Assembly (NCBI GenBank): GCA_041576165.1
Contig: JBFGLM010000004.1
Coordinates: 32,001-96,000 of the forward strand
Reading direction: 5' to 3'
DNA length: 64,000 bases
From: Acidimicrobiia bacterium
GTDB lineage: Bacteria > Actinomycetota > Acidimicrobiia > Spongiisociales > Spongiisociaceae
This document shows, piece by piece, positions 20,944 to 33,758 of the stretch. Made by a program: the position numbers and the translations under genes. The first letter of the stretch is position 1; each line of letters opens with the position of its first letter. Below the pieces are notes generated by a model, which saw only the letters and a list, made by a program, of their open reading frames with translations, did not search any database and was not told the origin of the DNA.

Positions 20944-20988
20944 GCCGGAGATACGGCGCCAGCGGTCCGCTGGCGCCGTTCCTCCGGC
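20944..20988 (-). terminator. Long hairpin between glnK and glnD
   Basis: 13-bp perfect inverted repeat (20953-20979) extended by GCCGGAG/CTCCGGC after a 2x2 internal loop. Confidence 0.6.
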
Positions 20989-20999
20989 CAGACGGCCGT

Positions 21000-22561
<1,562 letters not shown>

Positions 22562-22603
22562 GCGTTTCTCCTCCCTTCCACCCCATCAGGCTGGCCGGGT
22601 TGT

Positions 22604-22641
22604 GTTACGGGCCGATTACTGACGGGTGAAAGCCGCGTTGC
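22604..22641 (-). promoter_or_regulatory. GlnR-box-like array upstream of amtB
   Basis: Minus strand GCAAC-n6-TTCAC-n6-GTAAT-n6-GTAAC, exact 11-nt period. Confidence 0.6.
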
Positions 22642-22709
22642 GACGCCGCGCCGAGCCCATTGACGCACGGGCCTGCCGTGGCCCCATCACCCAGCCCGCA
22701 GCGAGTGCG

Positions 22710-24788
22710 TCACAAGTCGGGCAGAACGATTCGGTGCGTCACCGTGATGTCGCGGGTCGCCCCCTCCGCTGCGACCCGCACCGGCAAGTTGACGCGGACC
22801 TGTTCGATCAGGCAGATGGCCTGGGTATCGGCGTCGCAGTAGACGATCGACAGATCCCCCGTGATGGCCGCCGCCCCCGAGGAGAAGTCGGCCGTGAACT
22901 GCAGCGGAAACGCCGGATTGACTTGCACGCCCAAACCCGCCGGATCGAACGTCACTGACGGGCTGTCGGCCGACCACTCGAAGCGGGACGGTGCGTCGGG
23001 ATTGACCTTGTAACCGTCGGGGATCTCCACCTGCAGCGTCAACGTCCCGCGACCGGCCGCAACAACCGCCGGCTCCAAGTCCAGGATGGTCCCGCGATAG
23101 GTGTCCTGATCGGCGTCTGGGAGGAATTCTTCGATTCCGCGGAATACGATCGTGGCCGCTTCGCCGGTGGCCGTGTCGACGGTCCGGATCGAATGGTTGT
23201 TGGTGTCCGCGACATAGAGGACACCATCCGCCAGGTCGATCCCGCCCGGTTCGTAGAACAGAGGATCGGGCCCGTCCCGCCAACCAGCATCCGCGCCGGC
23301 GAAGGTGGCCACTGTTCCGTTCTGGGCATCGATCTTCTTGAGTTTGGAGTTGTAGGTGTCCGCTACCCACACCACAGCCCCATCGGCCACCACCCCGAGC
23401 GGATGTTGCAGCAGCGCCTCGGTGCCGACGCCATCCTGGTCGCCGAATTCGAACAGACCCTGGTCGGTACCAGCCAGCGTGTGTACACCCTCGGAACCGG
23501 CGATGTCGGCCCATCTCACAGAGCTGCTCTCGGAATCGGCGAAATAGAGTCTGCCGCCGCCGTCCAGGGACAACGACGATGGCTGTGCGAGGGTCGAGGT
23601 CGCCAGGGTCGAGTTCTCGGTACCCTCGGCGCCAGAGCCCACGTAGGGGGCAATCGAATCAGTCGTGAGGTCGAACTCCCAGATCTGATGTGTGCCTGCC
23701 ATCGCCACGAACAACGAGTCGCCGTTCAGCTCCAGGTCCCAGGGCGAGTGCAGGCCAGTGGCTGCAGCGTCACCACCTGTTGGAGGGTAGGTGCCCTGTT
23801 GGCCGGTCCCGGCCGCCGTGGTTACCTCCCCGGACACCAGATCGATCGCCCGGATCGAGTGATTGCCGGTGTCGGCTACGTACAGGACGTCGCCGGTGGG
23901 GCCAACCGCCATCCCTTGCGGCTCGTCGAAGGCGGCGGCGCCGGCGGGACCATCGGCATAATCCTCGGCTCCACTGCCGTATACGGCTTGGACGTCGCCG
24001 CTCAAGGTCGCCCGCACGATCCGGTGGTGGTTGGTGTCGGCGATGAAGAGGCGGTCCCCGTCCACCGTGACCTTGCCTGGGAAAGAAAGGACGGTCTCCG
24101 GCAGCCCCTCGCTTTCCAAGCGCAGGTCGAGCGGTGTCCGGTCGAGGACACCCTCGTCTTCAAATTCGGCTACCAGGCTGGCGATGACCGGCTCGACCAC
24201 CTCATAGACGTTCTCGCCCGCGTGGTAGCCACTGACGTTGCCGGCCGGGTCGATCACGAACACTGTCGGCCATGCCCGGGCGCCATACGATTCCCACACC
24301 GCGAAGTCGCCGTCGTTGACCACCGGATGCTCGAGGCCGTAGCGCAATACCACCTGGCGGATGTTCTCGGTGTTGCGCTCCGTGTCGAATTTGGCCGAGT
24401 GCACCCCGATCACCACCAGCTCGTTGGGGTATTCCTGTTCGAGCCGCTCGAGATCCGGGATGATATGGATGCAGTTGATGCACCCATAGGTCCAGAAGTC
24501 CAGCATGACCACCTTGCCTCGCAGCTCCGCCAGCGCCAGCGGGCGGTCCGTGTTCAGCCAGTCGAGCCCATCGGGAAACTCGGGCGCGGCCAGCGTGCCT
24601 GCGTAGGAAACGTGCTCCGGCGCTTCTGGTGCGGTGGAGCGGGCCGGCAGCGAGGTAGAAGGAGTCGCCGGAGTCGAAGTCGCGATGGACGGCGGAGGAT
24701 CGGAGGACAAATCGGGCTGCTGGACCGATGTGGTGCAGGCGGCCGCCACCATTGCCATCCCGATTACCGGTGCGACCCAAGAACGCAT
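22710..24788 (-). CDS. Lipoprotein with thioredoxin (CINC), NHL-repeat propeller and DsbD-like C-terminal domain (NHLRC2/SOQ1-like)
   Basis: Lipobox VAAAC, DFWTYGCINC, GVHSAKF, repeated ADTxNH NHL motifs, YCDADTQAIC. Confidence 0.88.
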   Translation of the reverse strand: MRSWVAPVIGMAMVAAACTTSVQQPDLSSDPPPSIATSTPATPSTSLPARSTAPEAPEHVSYAGTLAAPEFPDGLDWLNTDRPLALAELRGKVVMLDFWTYGCINCIHIIPDLERLEQEYPNELVVIGVHSAKFDTERNTENIRQVVLRYGLEHPVVNDGDFAVWESYGARAWPTVFVIDPAGNVSGYHAGENVYEVVEPVIASLVAEFEDEGVLDRTPLDLRLESEGLPETVLSFPGKVTVDGDRLFIADTNHHRIVRATLSGDVQAVYGSGAEDYADGPAGAAAFDEPQGMAVGPTGDVLYVADTGNHSIRAIDLVSGEVTTAAGTGQQGTYPPTGGDAAATGLHSPWDLELNGDSLFVAMAGTHQIWEFDLTTDSIAPYVGSGAEGTENSTLATSTLAQPSSLSLDGGGRLYFADSESSSVRWADIAGSEGVHTLAGTDQGLFEFGDQDGVGTEALLQHPLGVVADGAVVWVADTYNSKLKKIDAQNGTVATFAGADAGWRDGPDPLFYEPGGIDLADGVLYVADTNNHSIRTVDTATGEAATIVFRGIEEFLPDADQDTYRGTILDLEPAVVAAGRGTLTLQVEIPDGYKVNPDAPSRFEWSADSPSVTFDPAGLGVQVNPAFPLQFTADFSSGAAAITGDLSIVYCDADTQAICLIEQVRVNLPVRVAAEGATRDITVTHRIVLPDL

Positions 24789-24882
24789 GTTCCCAGCTTG
24801 GCATGATTGAGTGGGGAGCGATACGGGCCGGCTATTACGAATGAATGAACGAATAGTGGCGTCGGCTGACCCTGAGGTCGAC

Positions 24883-25509
24883 CTACTTCTTGGCGGACGC
24901 GTAGTAGGGATCGGTGCCGGATGCATGATCCGTCACGTCGATCACCTCGGTCACCTCAGGCACAGCAGACATCAGGATGCGTTCGATGCCTTGTTTGAGC
25001 GTTACCGCAGCCATCCCGCAGCCCTGGCACCCTCCCATCAGCTCCAGGTACACGGAGCTACCGTCCACACTGATCAGCCGGGCGGCCCCTCCGTGGGAGG
25101 CGATGGCCGGGTTCACCTGTTGATCAAGTACCTGTGCGACCCGATCCGCCAGCGGTCCGGTCAGCTCACCGGGCACGTCGGCCACCGACACCGCCGGTGA
25201 AGGGCTGTTCGGGTTGTTCATTGCGAGTCCCGGCTGGGACGGGTCACTGGACATGGCAAGTGTGGCGCCCCTGAGATTCTCGATGTCCTTGCCCGCCAGG
25301 ATCACCGTGAGGTCGCCGTGTTTCTCCACGACGTCGTCCGGGCCCTTGTCGTCGATCGGTCCAAATGCGAGGTCATACGAGAATTGTGGTCCGCGCACGC
25401 CGGTTATCTCGACCATGAGACCGAGTTCCTCGCCGTCCGGCTCGGCGTCTCGGATCTCGATGATCTTCTCGAGCGCGTCGGGTGTGACAGAAATGACCGT
25501 CTCGGACAT
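24883..25509 (-). CDS. Fe-S cluster carrier, NfuA/NifU-C family
   Basis: Degenerate IscA-like N-domain, then INPAIASHGG-type motif and GGCQGC. Confidence 0.88.
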   Translation of the reverse strand: MSETVISVTPDALEKIIEIRDAEPDGEELGLMVEITGVRGPQFSYDLAFGPIDDKGPDDVVEKHGDLTVILAGKDIENLRGATLAMSSDPSQPGLAMNNPNSPSPAVSVADVPGELTGPLADRVAQVLDQQVNPAIASHGGAARLISVDGSSVYLELMGGCQGCGMAAVTLKQGIERILMSAVPEVTEVIDVTDHASGTDPYYASAKK

Positions 25510-25583
25510 GGGTTTCTCCGATTGCTGCACGTGTACATGGTACCCGTGCTTCAACAGGATCCAGCATGCGCGAACATAAAAGG

Positions 25584-26801
25584 GTGCGTCGTATTGTTCT
25601 CGTGCTTCCGAGTTCGTCGTATCGGACGACCGATTTCGTTCATGCGGCTGCCGATTTGGGCGTGGAACTTGCAGTGGCAACCGAGGGACACCAGGCCTTC
25701 GCGGATCAGGATCCGGACCACTTCATCGAGATCGACTTGCGGAGTCCCCGCCGGGCGGCGGCCCAAATCGTCGCATGGGCCGAAACTCGCGACGTCAATG
25801 CCGTGCTGGCGGTTGACGACCTGGGGGTGGTGACCGCCTCGCTGGCGGCGCGCGACCTGGGGTTGATGCACAACGAGCCCGGGGCGGTGGCGGCCACCCG
25901 CAACAAAGCCATGATGCGTCGGGCGCTGAAAGACATCGTTCGCCAGCCCTCGTTCACGATGCTGGAACCGGGCGAACCGGCGGCCGACGCCATCCGTCAC
26001 GTCGGCGCTCCCGCTGTGATCAAGCCGCTGTCGCTGTCGGCCAGCCGCGGGGTGATCAAGGTCGATCATCCAGAGCAGGGTGATCGCACCGCCGAGCAGG
26101 TCCGGCGCGTGCTGGCCGGCACCGGAGGGAACCCGAACGAATCACTGCTGGTCGAGCGATTCATCAGCGGTCCGGAGGTCGCCATCGATGGATTGCTCGT
26201 GGCCGGCGAGTGGCACACGTTGGGCGTTTTCGACAAGCCGGAGCCGCTCGATGGGCCGTACTTCGCCGAGACGCTTTTCACGACTCCCAGCCGGCACCAT
26301 CCGGAGGTGGTGGCCGAGATCGAACGCACGGCCCGGGCGGCCGCGCGGGGCCTCGGGCTCGAGGAAGGAGCAGTCCACGCCGAGGTGCGGGTACACGGCT
26401 CTCATGTGGTCTTCCTGGAACTCGCCGCCCGCTCGATTGGCGGTCTGTGCAGCCGGGCGCTGCGCTTTGGCCTGCTGGATGCGTCGCTCGAGTCCATGCT
26501 GTTGCGCCACGCCCTCGGGCACAAGCCGCGCAGCGTGCGCCGCAAACAGGGAGCGAGCGGGGTTGCGATGATCCCGGTCCCCCGGTCGGGTCGTTTCGCA
26601 GGGTTCGGTGGGGCGGAGGCGGCCAGACGGGTAGAACACGTGACCGCCGTGGAGACGACGACCGCTCCGGGCAGCCGAGTGCGGAGCCTGCCTTTCGATG
26701 GAACCTACCTGGGCTTCGTCTTTGCGCAGGCCGACGATCCAGCCACCGTGCAGCGAGCTTTGACCGAGGCCGTGTCCATGCTGAAGGTCACCGTGAACTG
26801 A
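25584..26801 (+). CDS. ATP-grasp domain protein (amino-acid ligase-like)
   Basis: NKAMMR, VIKPLSLSASRGV, LVERFISGPE, VHAE, ELAAR; start GTG 25584 or ATG 25566. Confidence 0.85.
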   Translation: MRRIVLVLPSSSYRTTDFVHAAADLGVELAVATEGHQAFADQDPDHFIEIDLRSPRRAAAQIVAWAETRDVNAVLAVDDLGVVTASLAARDLGLMHNEPGAVAATRNKAMMRRALKDIVRQPSFTMLEPGEPAADAIRHVGAPAVIKPLSLSASRGVIKVDHPEQGDRTAEQVRRVLAGTGGNPNESLLVERFISGPEVAIDGLLVAGEWHTLGVFDKPEPLDGPYFAETLFTTPSRHHPEVVAEIERTARAAARGLGLEEGAVHAEVRVHGSHVVFLELAARSIGGLCSRALRFGLLDASLESMLLRHALGHKPRSVRRKQGASGVAMIPVPRSGRFAGFGGAEAARRVEHVTAVETTTAPGSRVRSLPFDGTYLGFVFAQADDPATVQRALTEAVSMLKVTVN

Positions 26802-26943
26802 TCGGCGGCCGGCCTCTCGACGTGCATGGGAACGCAGCGGCGACCGGTCGCCGGAAAGAAAACTCCGGATGGGCCCCCTCAGTCGTACAGCAGCGCCAAT
26901 TGGGTGCCGATATTCTTCCCGCCCCTATGCAGCGACGGGCAGC

Positions 26944-28437
<1,494 letters not shown>

Positions 28438-28451
28438 TCCGGTGCCCAGAG

Positions 28452-29546
28452 CTACAGCGCCAGGACTCCTTGGACTTCCTGCATGCGAAGCACCCGCCGT
28501 CGCGTGATCTCGCTGGTGCCGTCCAGTAAGGCTTCGGTCTCCACCAGCACCCGGCCCAGTGGAAACGTCGTAACCCGGGGGTCAGGTGTCGGCTCGCCGC
28601 CCGGGGTCGTCGTGTTCCACGCCATCATCACGTCATCGGCTCCACCCATTAGCGCCGAAACGGCTCCCAGCGCGAGCCTCCCCGCGATCATCCGGTCATG
28701 GTAGGTAGGCCGTCCACCGCGGACCACGTGCCCGAGCACAGTTGCCCGCACCTGGACATCAGCATGGTCCTCCAGCCGGGACTCCACTTCTTCGGCCAAT
28801 CGAGTCGCCGACATCGGCACCCCCTCGGCTTTGATAATCAACACGCGCCGCTTGTCGCGCTCCGCTGTGAAGCTCTCGCGGATGATCTTCTCGACTCCGG
28901 CTACCAGCTCTTCTTCGGACTTGCTCACTTCGGGCAGTAGAACCGCGTCTGCGGCCGTGGCGACCGACGACACCATCGCCAGATAACCCGACTGGCGCCC
29001 CATCACTTCGACGATGAACGCGCGGCGATGGGATCTGGCGGTATCAGAGATCCGGTCGCACGCCTCGATGATGGTGTTGACCGCTGTGTCGACCCCGATC
29101 GAGTCTGAGGTGCAACCGATGTCATTGTCGATCGAGGCCGGTACTCCGACGACGGGCACAGCCGCGCACTCCCCGGCCAGCAGGTGTGCGCCGGCCAGCG
29201 TTCCATTGCCCCCGATGACGATCAATGCTCCGATCCCGATGCCTTGTAGCTGGCCGCAGGCCGCTTCCCGGTGCGCCTGTTCGAAAAAGCGGTCGCATCG
29301 AGTCGTTCCGAGCACGGTGCCACCCAGGCCCGTGATCAAGTCGATGTCGGCGACGGGAGCCAGAGTGCCCGAGCTGAGCACCGGCCTGGTGAGTGGACGG
29401 AAACTGCCATCGATGGCGCCGTCGAAGCCTCGCTCTATACCGATGACGCGCACTCCCCGGGCGGCTGCGACCTTCACGACAGCGAAGATCGCGGCGTTCA
29501 TGCCGGGCGCGTCGCCGCCCGAGGTCAGGACACCTATGGTCTTCAT
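28452..29546 (-). CDS. pfkA: 6-phosphofructokinase
   Basis: TSGGDAPGMN, IGGNG, SIDND, VEVMGR, LGHVVRGG. Confidence 0.93.
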   Translation of the reverse strand: MKTIGVLTSGGDAPGMNAAIFAVVKVAAARGVRVIGIERGFDGAIDGSFRPLTRPVLSSGTLAPVADIDLITGLGGTVLGTTRCDRFFEQAHREAACGQLQGIGIGALIVIGGNGTLAGAHLLAGECAAVPVVGVPASIDNDIGCTSDSIGVDTAVNTIIEACDRISDTARSHRRAFIVEVMGRQSGYLAMVSSVATAADAVLLPEVSKSEEELVAGVEKIIRESFTAERDKRRVLIIKAEGVPMSATRLAEEVESRLEDHADVQVRATVLGHVVRGGRPTYHDRMIAGRLALGAVSALMGGADDVMMAWNTTTPGGEPTPDPRVTTFPLGRVLVETEALLDGTSEITRRRVLRMQEVQGVLAL

Positions 29547-29623
29547 TGCGGGTCGAGTGTACTGAGCCGGGTGGCTGCCGCCTGCGGTACGATCGAGGTG
29601 AGCACCCCGAGGGACGGACCGCC

Positions 29624-30976
29624 GTGCGAACAAAACTGGCCGCCGCGACCGCTGCTCTCCTGGTGCTGGCCGCCTGCAGCAGCCGGAGTTCCACGCCTGA
29701 GTCCACCCTCCCGGCACTCAGTTTGGCGGAAGCCACCACGACAACTGAGCCGGCCACAACTGTCTCCCCGGGAGCGGACGCGCCTCCCGACACCGCCGCG
29801 GCGGAAACTGTGCCCCCGACCACCGCGCCACCGGCAGCCATCCCCGATCTGCCCGGCAGCCTGGTGATAATCAGCAAAACCGGTGATCTGCTCGTCGCCG
29901 ACAAGGGTCGCCTGTCCGTTGCGGTACCCGCTCCGGACAATGGCATCATCACTCAGCCAACATGGGGTCCCGACGCCGGCCTCCTCGCCTATTCGCTGCT
30001 CGACCAATCCGGCCCCTGGCTGGTCATCACCGACGGCGCCGGCGACGAACTCGAACGGATCTCGACACCGTTCGTGCCGTTCTACCTGTACTGGAGCCCG
30101 GACGGCGCCCTGGTTGGAGCGCTCGGGGCGGGCCCTAGCGGCGCAGTGGAGTTCGGCGTCGGCGATGTGGGTTCCGGCACCTTCACCAGCCTGTCGGCAG
30201 GCCGGGCCTTCTTCTTCGATTGGTCCCCGGTGAACCCCGAGATCGTGTCTCATGCCGCGCCGGAGCGCCTCGCCACGGTGACGGTCGACGGTACCGAAAC
30301 GCCTCTTCCCACCGCGCCCGGATCGTTTCAGGCCCCGGAGTGGACGCCCGACGGGCGTTCGGTGATCCTGGCGATCAGCGTGGCGCCGGACGGGGCCAAC
30401 GCCCGAGGGGGGTGGCTGTTCGGGATCTCGGCCGGAGCGCAGACCGGCGACCAAGAGGTGGTGCTCATCGACCTCGAGACCGAACGGGTCACCACTCTCG
30501 TGACCTACGGCACCCAGATCGCATTCGATCTCAGCCCGGACGGGCGCAAACTCGCGTACACAGTGGCACTGGCATCGGGCAGTGCGTTTGTGGGCCCACT
30601 CGATGTGCTCGACCTCGAATCGGGTGAGACGGAGCGAATCACCGGCGAGCCGGTGCTGGGATTCGAGTGGAGTCCTGCTGGCAACGCACTGCTCTACTTA
30701 TCGGCCACCCCGGACAACCGGCTGCATTGGAGCGTGACGTCCGGCGGTGAGCAGACCACATATTCACCCCAACCTCCCACCGAGATGTTTTTCCTCCAGT
30801 ATCTCCCGTTCTGGAGCCAGTACGCCCGCAGCATGACCTTGTGGGCGCCGGACGGCTCGGCCTTCGTCTATCCACTGTTGACCCCGGAAGGCGAACAGGA
30901 AATCTGGGTTCAGCCGCTGGACGCCGACGAGCCGGTCTTCATTTCGACCGGTATCTTTGCCGGATGGTCGCATTGA
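29624..30976 (+). CDS. Lipoprotein with TolB/PD40-like beta-propeller repeats
   Basis: Lipobox LAAC, T/P/A-rich linker, repeated WSPDG-type motifs. Confidence 0.8.
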   Translation: MRTKLAAATAALLVLAACSSRSSTPESTLPALSLAEATTTTEPATTVSPGADAPPDTAAAETVPPTTAPPAAIPDLPGSLVIISKTGDLLVADKGRLSVAVPAPDNGIITQPTWGPDAGLLAYSLLDQSGPWLVITDGAGDELERISTPFVPFYLYWSPDGALVGALGAGPSGAVEFGVGDVGSGTFTSLSAGRAFFFDWSPVNPEIVSHAAPERLATVTVDGTETPLPTAPGSFQAPEWTPDGRSVILAISVAPDGANARGGWLFGISAGAQTGDQEVVLIDLETERVTTLVTYGTQIAFDLSPDGRKLAYTVALASGSAFVGPLDVLDLESGETERITGEPVLGFEWSPAGNALLYLSATPDNRLHWSVTSGGEQTTYSPQPPTEMFFLQYLPFWSQYARSMTLWAPDGSAFVYPLLTPEGEQEIWVQPLDADEPVFISTGIFAGWSH

Positions 30977-31019
30977 ACGGCGCGGTGCGCCGGACCCGGT
31001 GCTGGTACGTTCGGGGAAC

Positions 31020-32969
31020 ATGAGCCGCACACTCACCGCGGAAGATCTCTGGAGCATCCCCCGCGTCGGGGCACCCCAGATCGATCGCAGTGGAACCGTG
31101 CTCGTCGTTCCCGTGACGACCTACGACGCGGACGGCAATGCCCTGACCCGCCTCTGGCGGCTGGTTGGCGGCGACGCCGTGCCTCTCACGGGGACCGCGG
31201 AATCGGCCGCCCAACCGGCGATCAGTCCCGATGGGACCCACGTCGCGTTCGTGCGCAAGGTCGACGACATCCGCCAGATCCATGTCATGCGTGTGGATGG
31301 GGGCGAGCCGGAGCAAGTCTCCGACATGCCACTGGGCGCGTTCGGGCCGAAGTGGTTTCCGGACGGGGATGAACTCGTTTGCCTCAGCCACGTGTACCGG
31401 GATGCCTCGACGCTCGAGGAGGTCAAAGCTCGAAAAGCCGAACTCGAGGAGCGGCCGTATGACGTGCACGTGTCGGAGAAGCGGTTTTTCCGTTATTGGG
31501 ATGATTGGCTCACTGCCGGCCAGGTACCTCACCTCTGGAAGATCGACCTCGACACCCGGCACGCAACGGATTTGACCCCGGACTCGAGAGTTCACTGGGA
31601 TTTCGAGAGCACCGGTGCCCCGGCCGAGCACTTCGACATCTCCCCGGATGGCAACGAAGTGGCCTACAGCGCATTCCGCTCGGACGACGACGATGTCAAC
31701 CCAACCTATGCGGTTCGAACGGTTCCGGCCGCCGGCGGTGCTGTCCGGATCGTATCCGGTGACGGACCGGGGAACGCTGTCCGGCCCCGCTACACGCTTG
31801 ACGGCACCGGACTGGTCTACGGGCGCCAGCTACGAGATGACTTCTACGCAGACCGGCGGCGCCTGACTCTTCTGGATCGAGCATCTGGAGAGGAGCGAGC
31901 TCTGCTTCCAGCGTGGGACCGATCTCCGGATGCCTGGGCCGTCGGTGCCGACGCCGCCATTTTCTTCGTGGCGGAGGATGCCGGCCAGACCAAGTTGTTC
32001 CGGCTCGATCGGGACGCTGTAGCTGCCGTCGAACTCACCAAAACGGGTTCGGCTTCGGCGGTCGCAGTCGGGGGCGACCGGGTCGTGTTCGGCCATGAGT
32101 CATTCCGAGCCCCACCTGAGATCTTCGAAGTGGTGAATGGCGCGCCGATCCGCCTCAGCCATTTCACTGCTTCGGCGCTCGAGGGGATCGACTTGGGCCA
32201 GGTCGACTCGAAGGTCTTTTCAGGTGCAGCGGGGGCAGACGTCCAAATGTACGTCATGACGCCGCCCAACTTCGTGCCCGGCCCGAAACGGCCTCTCGTC
32301 CACCTGATCCACGGCGGGCCTCACGGCCTCTTCGGGGACGGCTGGCACTGGCGCTGGAATCCCCAAGTCATCGCCGCCGCCGGCTACGTCGTCGCAATGG
32401 TCAATTTCCACGGATCGACGTCGTGGGGTCAGGCATTCGCCGAGTCGATACTCGGTGGCTGGGGCGACAAACCTCTGGCCGATATCGAGGCTGCCACCGA
32501 CCTGCTCATCTCCGAGGGCCTCATCGACCAGGAGCGGATGGCCGTGACCGGCGGATCGTACGGCGGTTACTTGGTCGCCTGGATCACATCGCAGACCAGC
32601 CGCTACCGCTGTGCGATCGCTCACGCCGCCGTGACGAATCTCGGCGGGATGAACGCCAGCGACTACGCCTTCCATCGCGCAACCGCCTTTGGCGCCGAAT
32701 ACTGGGCCGACCCTGAGCGGGTCGATCGGTGGAGCCCGTCCACCCATGCCGTTGGGTACGAGACCCCGACACTGGTCATCCATGGCGAACGCGACTATCG
32801 GGTGCCCGTCACGCAAGGGTTGGAGCTCTACGCCGCACTCAAGTCGAAAGGCGTGGACGCCCGGCTGGTGCACTACCCGGGCGAACACCATTGGATCCTC
32901 GGCCGCCACAGCTCGGTGCACTGGTATAGCGAGTTCCTCGATTGGCTGGCCCGGCACTTGTGGCCATGA
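31020..32969 (+). CDS. S9 family peptidase
   Basis: Propeller repeats, IHGGPH, GGSYGG, HGERDYRV, EHHWI. Confidence 0.93.
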   Translation: MSRTLTAEDLWSIPRVGAPQIDRSGTVLVVPVTTYDADGNALTRLWRLVGGDAVPLTGTAESAAQPAISPDGTHVAFVRKVDDIRQIHVMRVDGGEPEQVSDMPLGAFGPKWFPDGDELVCLSHVYRDASTLEEVKARKAELEERPYDVHVSEKRFFRYWDDWLTAGQVPHLWKIDLDTRHATDLTPDSRVHWDFESTGAPAEHFDISPDGNEVAYSAFRSDDDDVNPTYAVRTVPAAGGAVRIVSGDGPGNAVRPRYTLDGTGLVYGRQLRDDFYADRRRLTLLDRASGEERALLPAWDRSPDAWAVGADAAIFFVAEDAGQTKLFRLDRDAVAAVELTKTGSASAVAVGGDRVVFGHESFRAPPEIFEVVNGAPIRLSHFTASALEGIDLGQVDSKVFSGAAGADVQMYVMTPPNFVPGPKRPLVHLIHGGPHGLFGDGWHWRWNPQVIAAAGYVVAMVNFHGSTSWGQAFAESILGGWGDKPLADIEAATDLLISEGLIDQERMAVTGGSYGGYLVAWITSQTSRYRCAIAHAAVTNLGGMNASDYAFHRATAFGAEYWADPERVDRWSPSTHAVGYETPTLVIHGERDYRVPVTQGLELYAALKSKGVDARLVHYPGEHHWILGRHSSVHWYSEFLDWLARHLWP

Positions 32970-33076
32970 ATGTCGGCTCTCGCCGAACAGATCCCTGCCA
33001 CGCGCGGATCGTGCTGATCTACCCGAAGCACATCACCCTCCGCGCTCGAGATCTCCGAGTTTTCCACAGTTCTCCC

Positions 33077-33106
33077 CGTCTTACGCGCGATTTCGCGCGT
33101 AAGACG
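33077..33106. repeat. 14-bp perfect inverted repeat with 2-nt centre
   Basis: CGTCTTACGCGCGA-TT-TCGCGCGTAAGACG, 19 nt upstream of the thiamine diphosphokinase ATG. Confidence 0.8.
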
Positions 33107-33125
33107 ATTTTGTAGTTCTTGGCAA

Positions 33126-33758
33126 ATGCTGGTAAGCATCTTTGCCGGCGGCGACCAGATTCCTCCCGACGTTGTCCGCCGGCTCCCGGCGGCCGACCTC
33201 TGCATTGCGGCAGACTCCGGAGCACGCCACGCCCGAGAGGCGGGAGTCCGGGTGGACCACCTCGTGGGCGACTTCGACTCGATCGACCCCGAGACGGCGA
33301 CCTGGGCCGAGGAACGCGGCGCGATCTTGCACCGCCACCCCGCCGACAAGGACATGACCGACCTCGAACTCGCCCTGACGTTGGCCACCGAAGCGGGCGC
33401 CACCGAGTTGCTGGTGGTCGGCGGACACGGGGGGCGGCTCGATCATCTGGCTGCCAATCTGGCGTTGATCGCATCAGCCCGGTGGCCGAACCCATTGACC
33501 TGGATGGCGGGACCCGACCGGGTTGAGGTGGTCCGCGGTCGGCGTTCTATCGCGGCAACACCGGGAGCCGTGGTGAGCGTGCTCGCCGCAGAGCCGGCGA
33601 CCGGAGTGACGATGACCGGGGTACGCTGGAAGCTCACACACGAATCCCTTGCGCCGGGTAGCACCCGCGGTGTCAGCAACATCGTGCGCGAGTCACCGTT
33701 CCACGTCGACGTCGAGACCGGAACGCTATTGGTGATCATCCCCGGTCAGGACAGTTGA
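33126..33758 (+). CDS. thiN: Thiamine diphosphokinase
   Basis: IAADSGA, VGDFDS, DKDMTDLELAL, GGRLDH, RGVSN. Confidence 0.92.
   Translation: MLVSIFAGGDQIPPDVVRRLPAADLCIAADSGARHAREAGVRVDHLVGDFDSIDPETATWAEERGAILHRHPADKDMTDLELALTLATEAGATELLVVGGHGGRLDHLAANLALIASARWPNPLTWMAGPDRVEVVRGRRSIAATPGAVVSVLAAEPATGVTMTGVRWKLTHESLAPGSTRGVSNIVRESPFHVDVETGTLLVIIPGQDS

Noticed and set aside
32970-33125. TPP riboswitch before thiN, DnaA-box-like TTTTCCACA, and a 49-codon ORF from 32966
   Set aside because: No CTGAGA/ACCTGA riboswitch core; one mismatched box is not an origin; the ORF has no supporting motif
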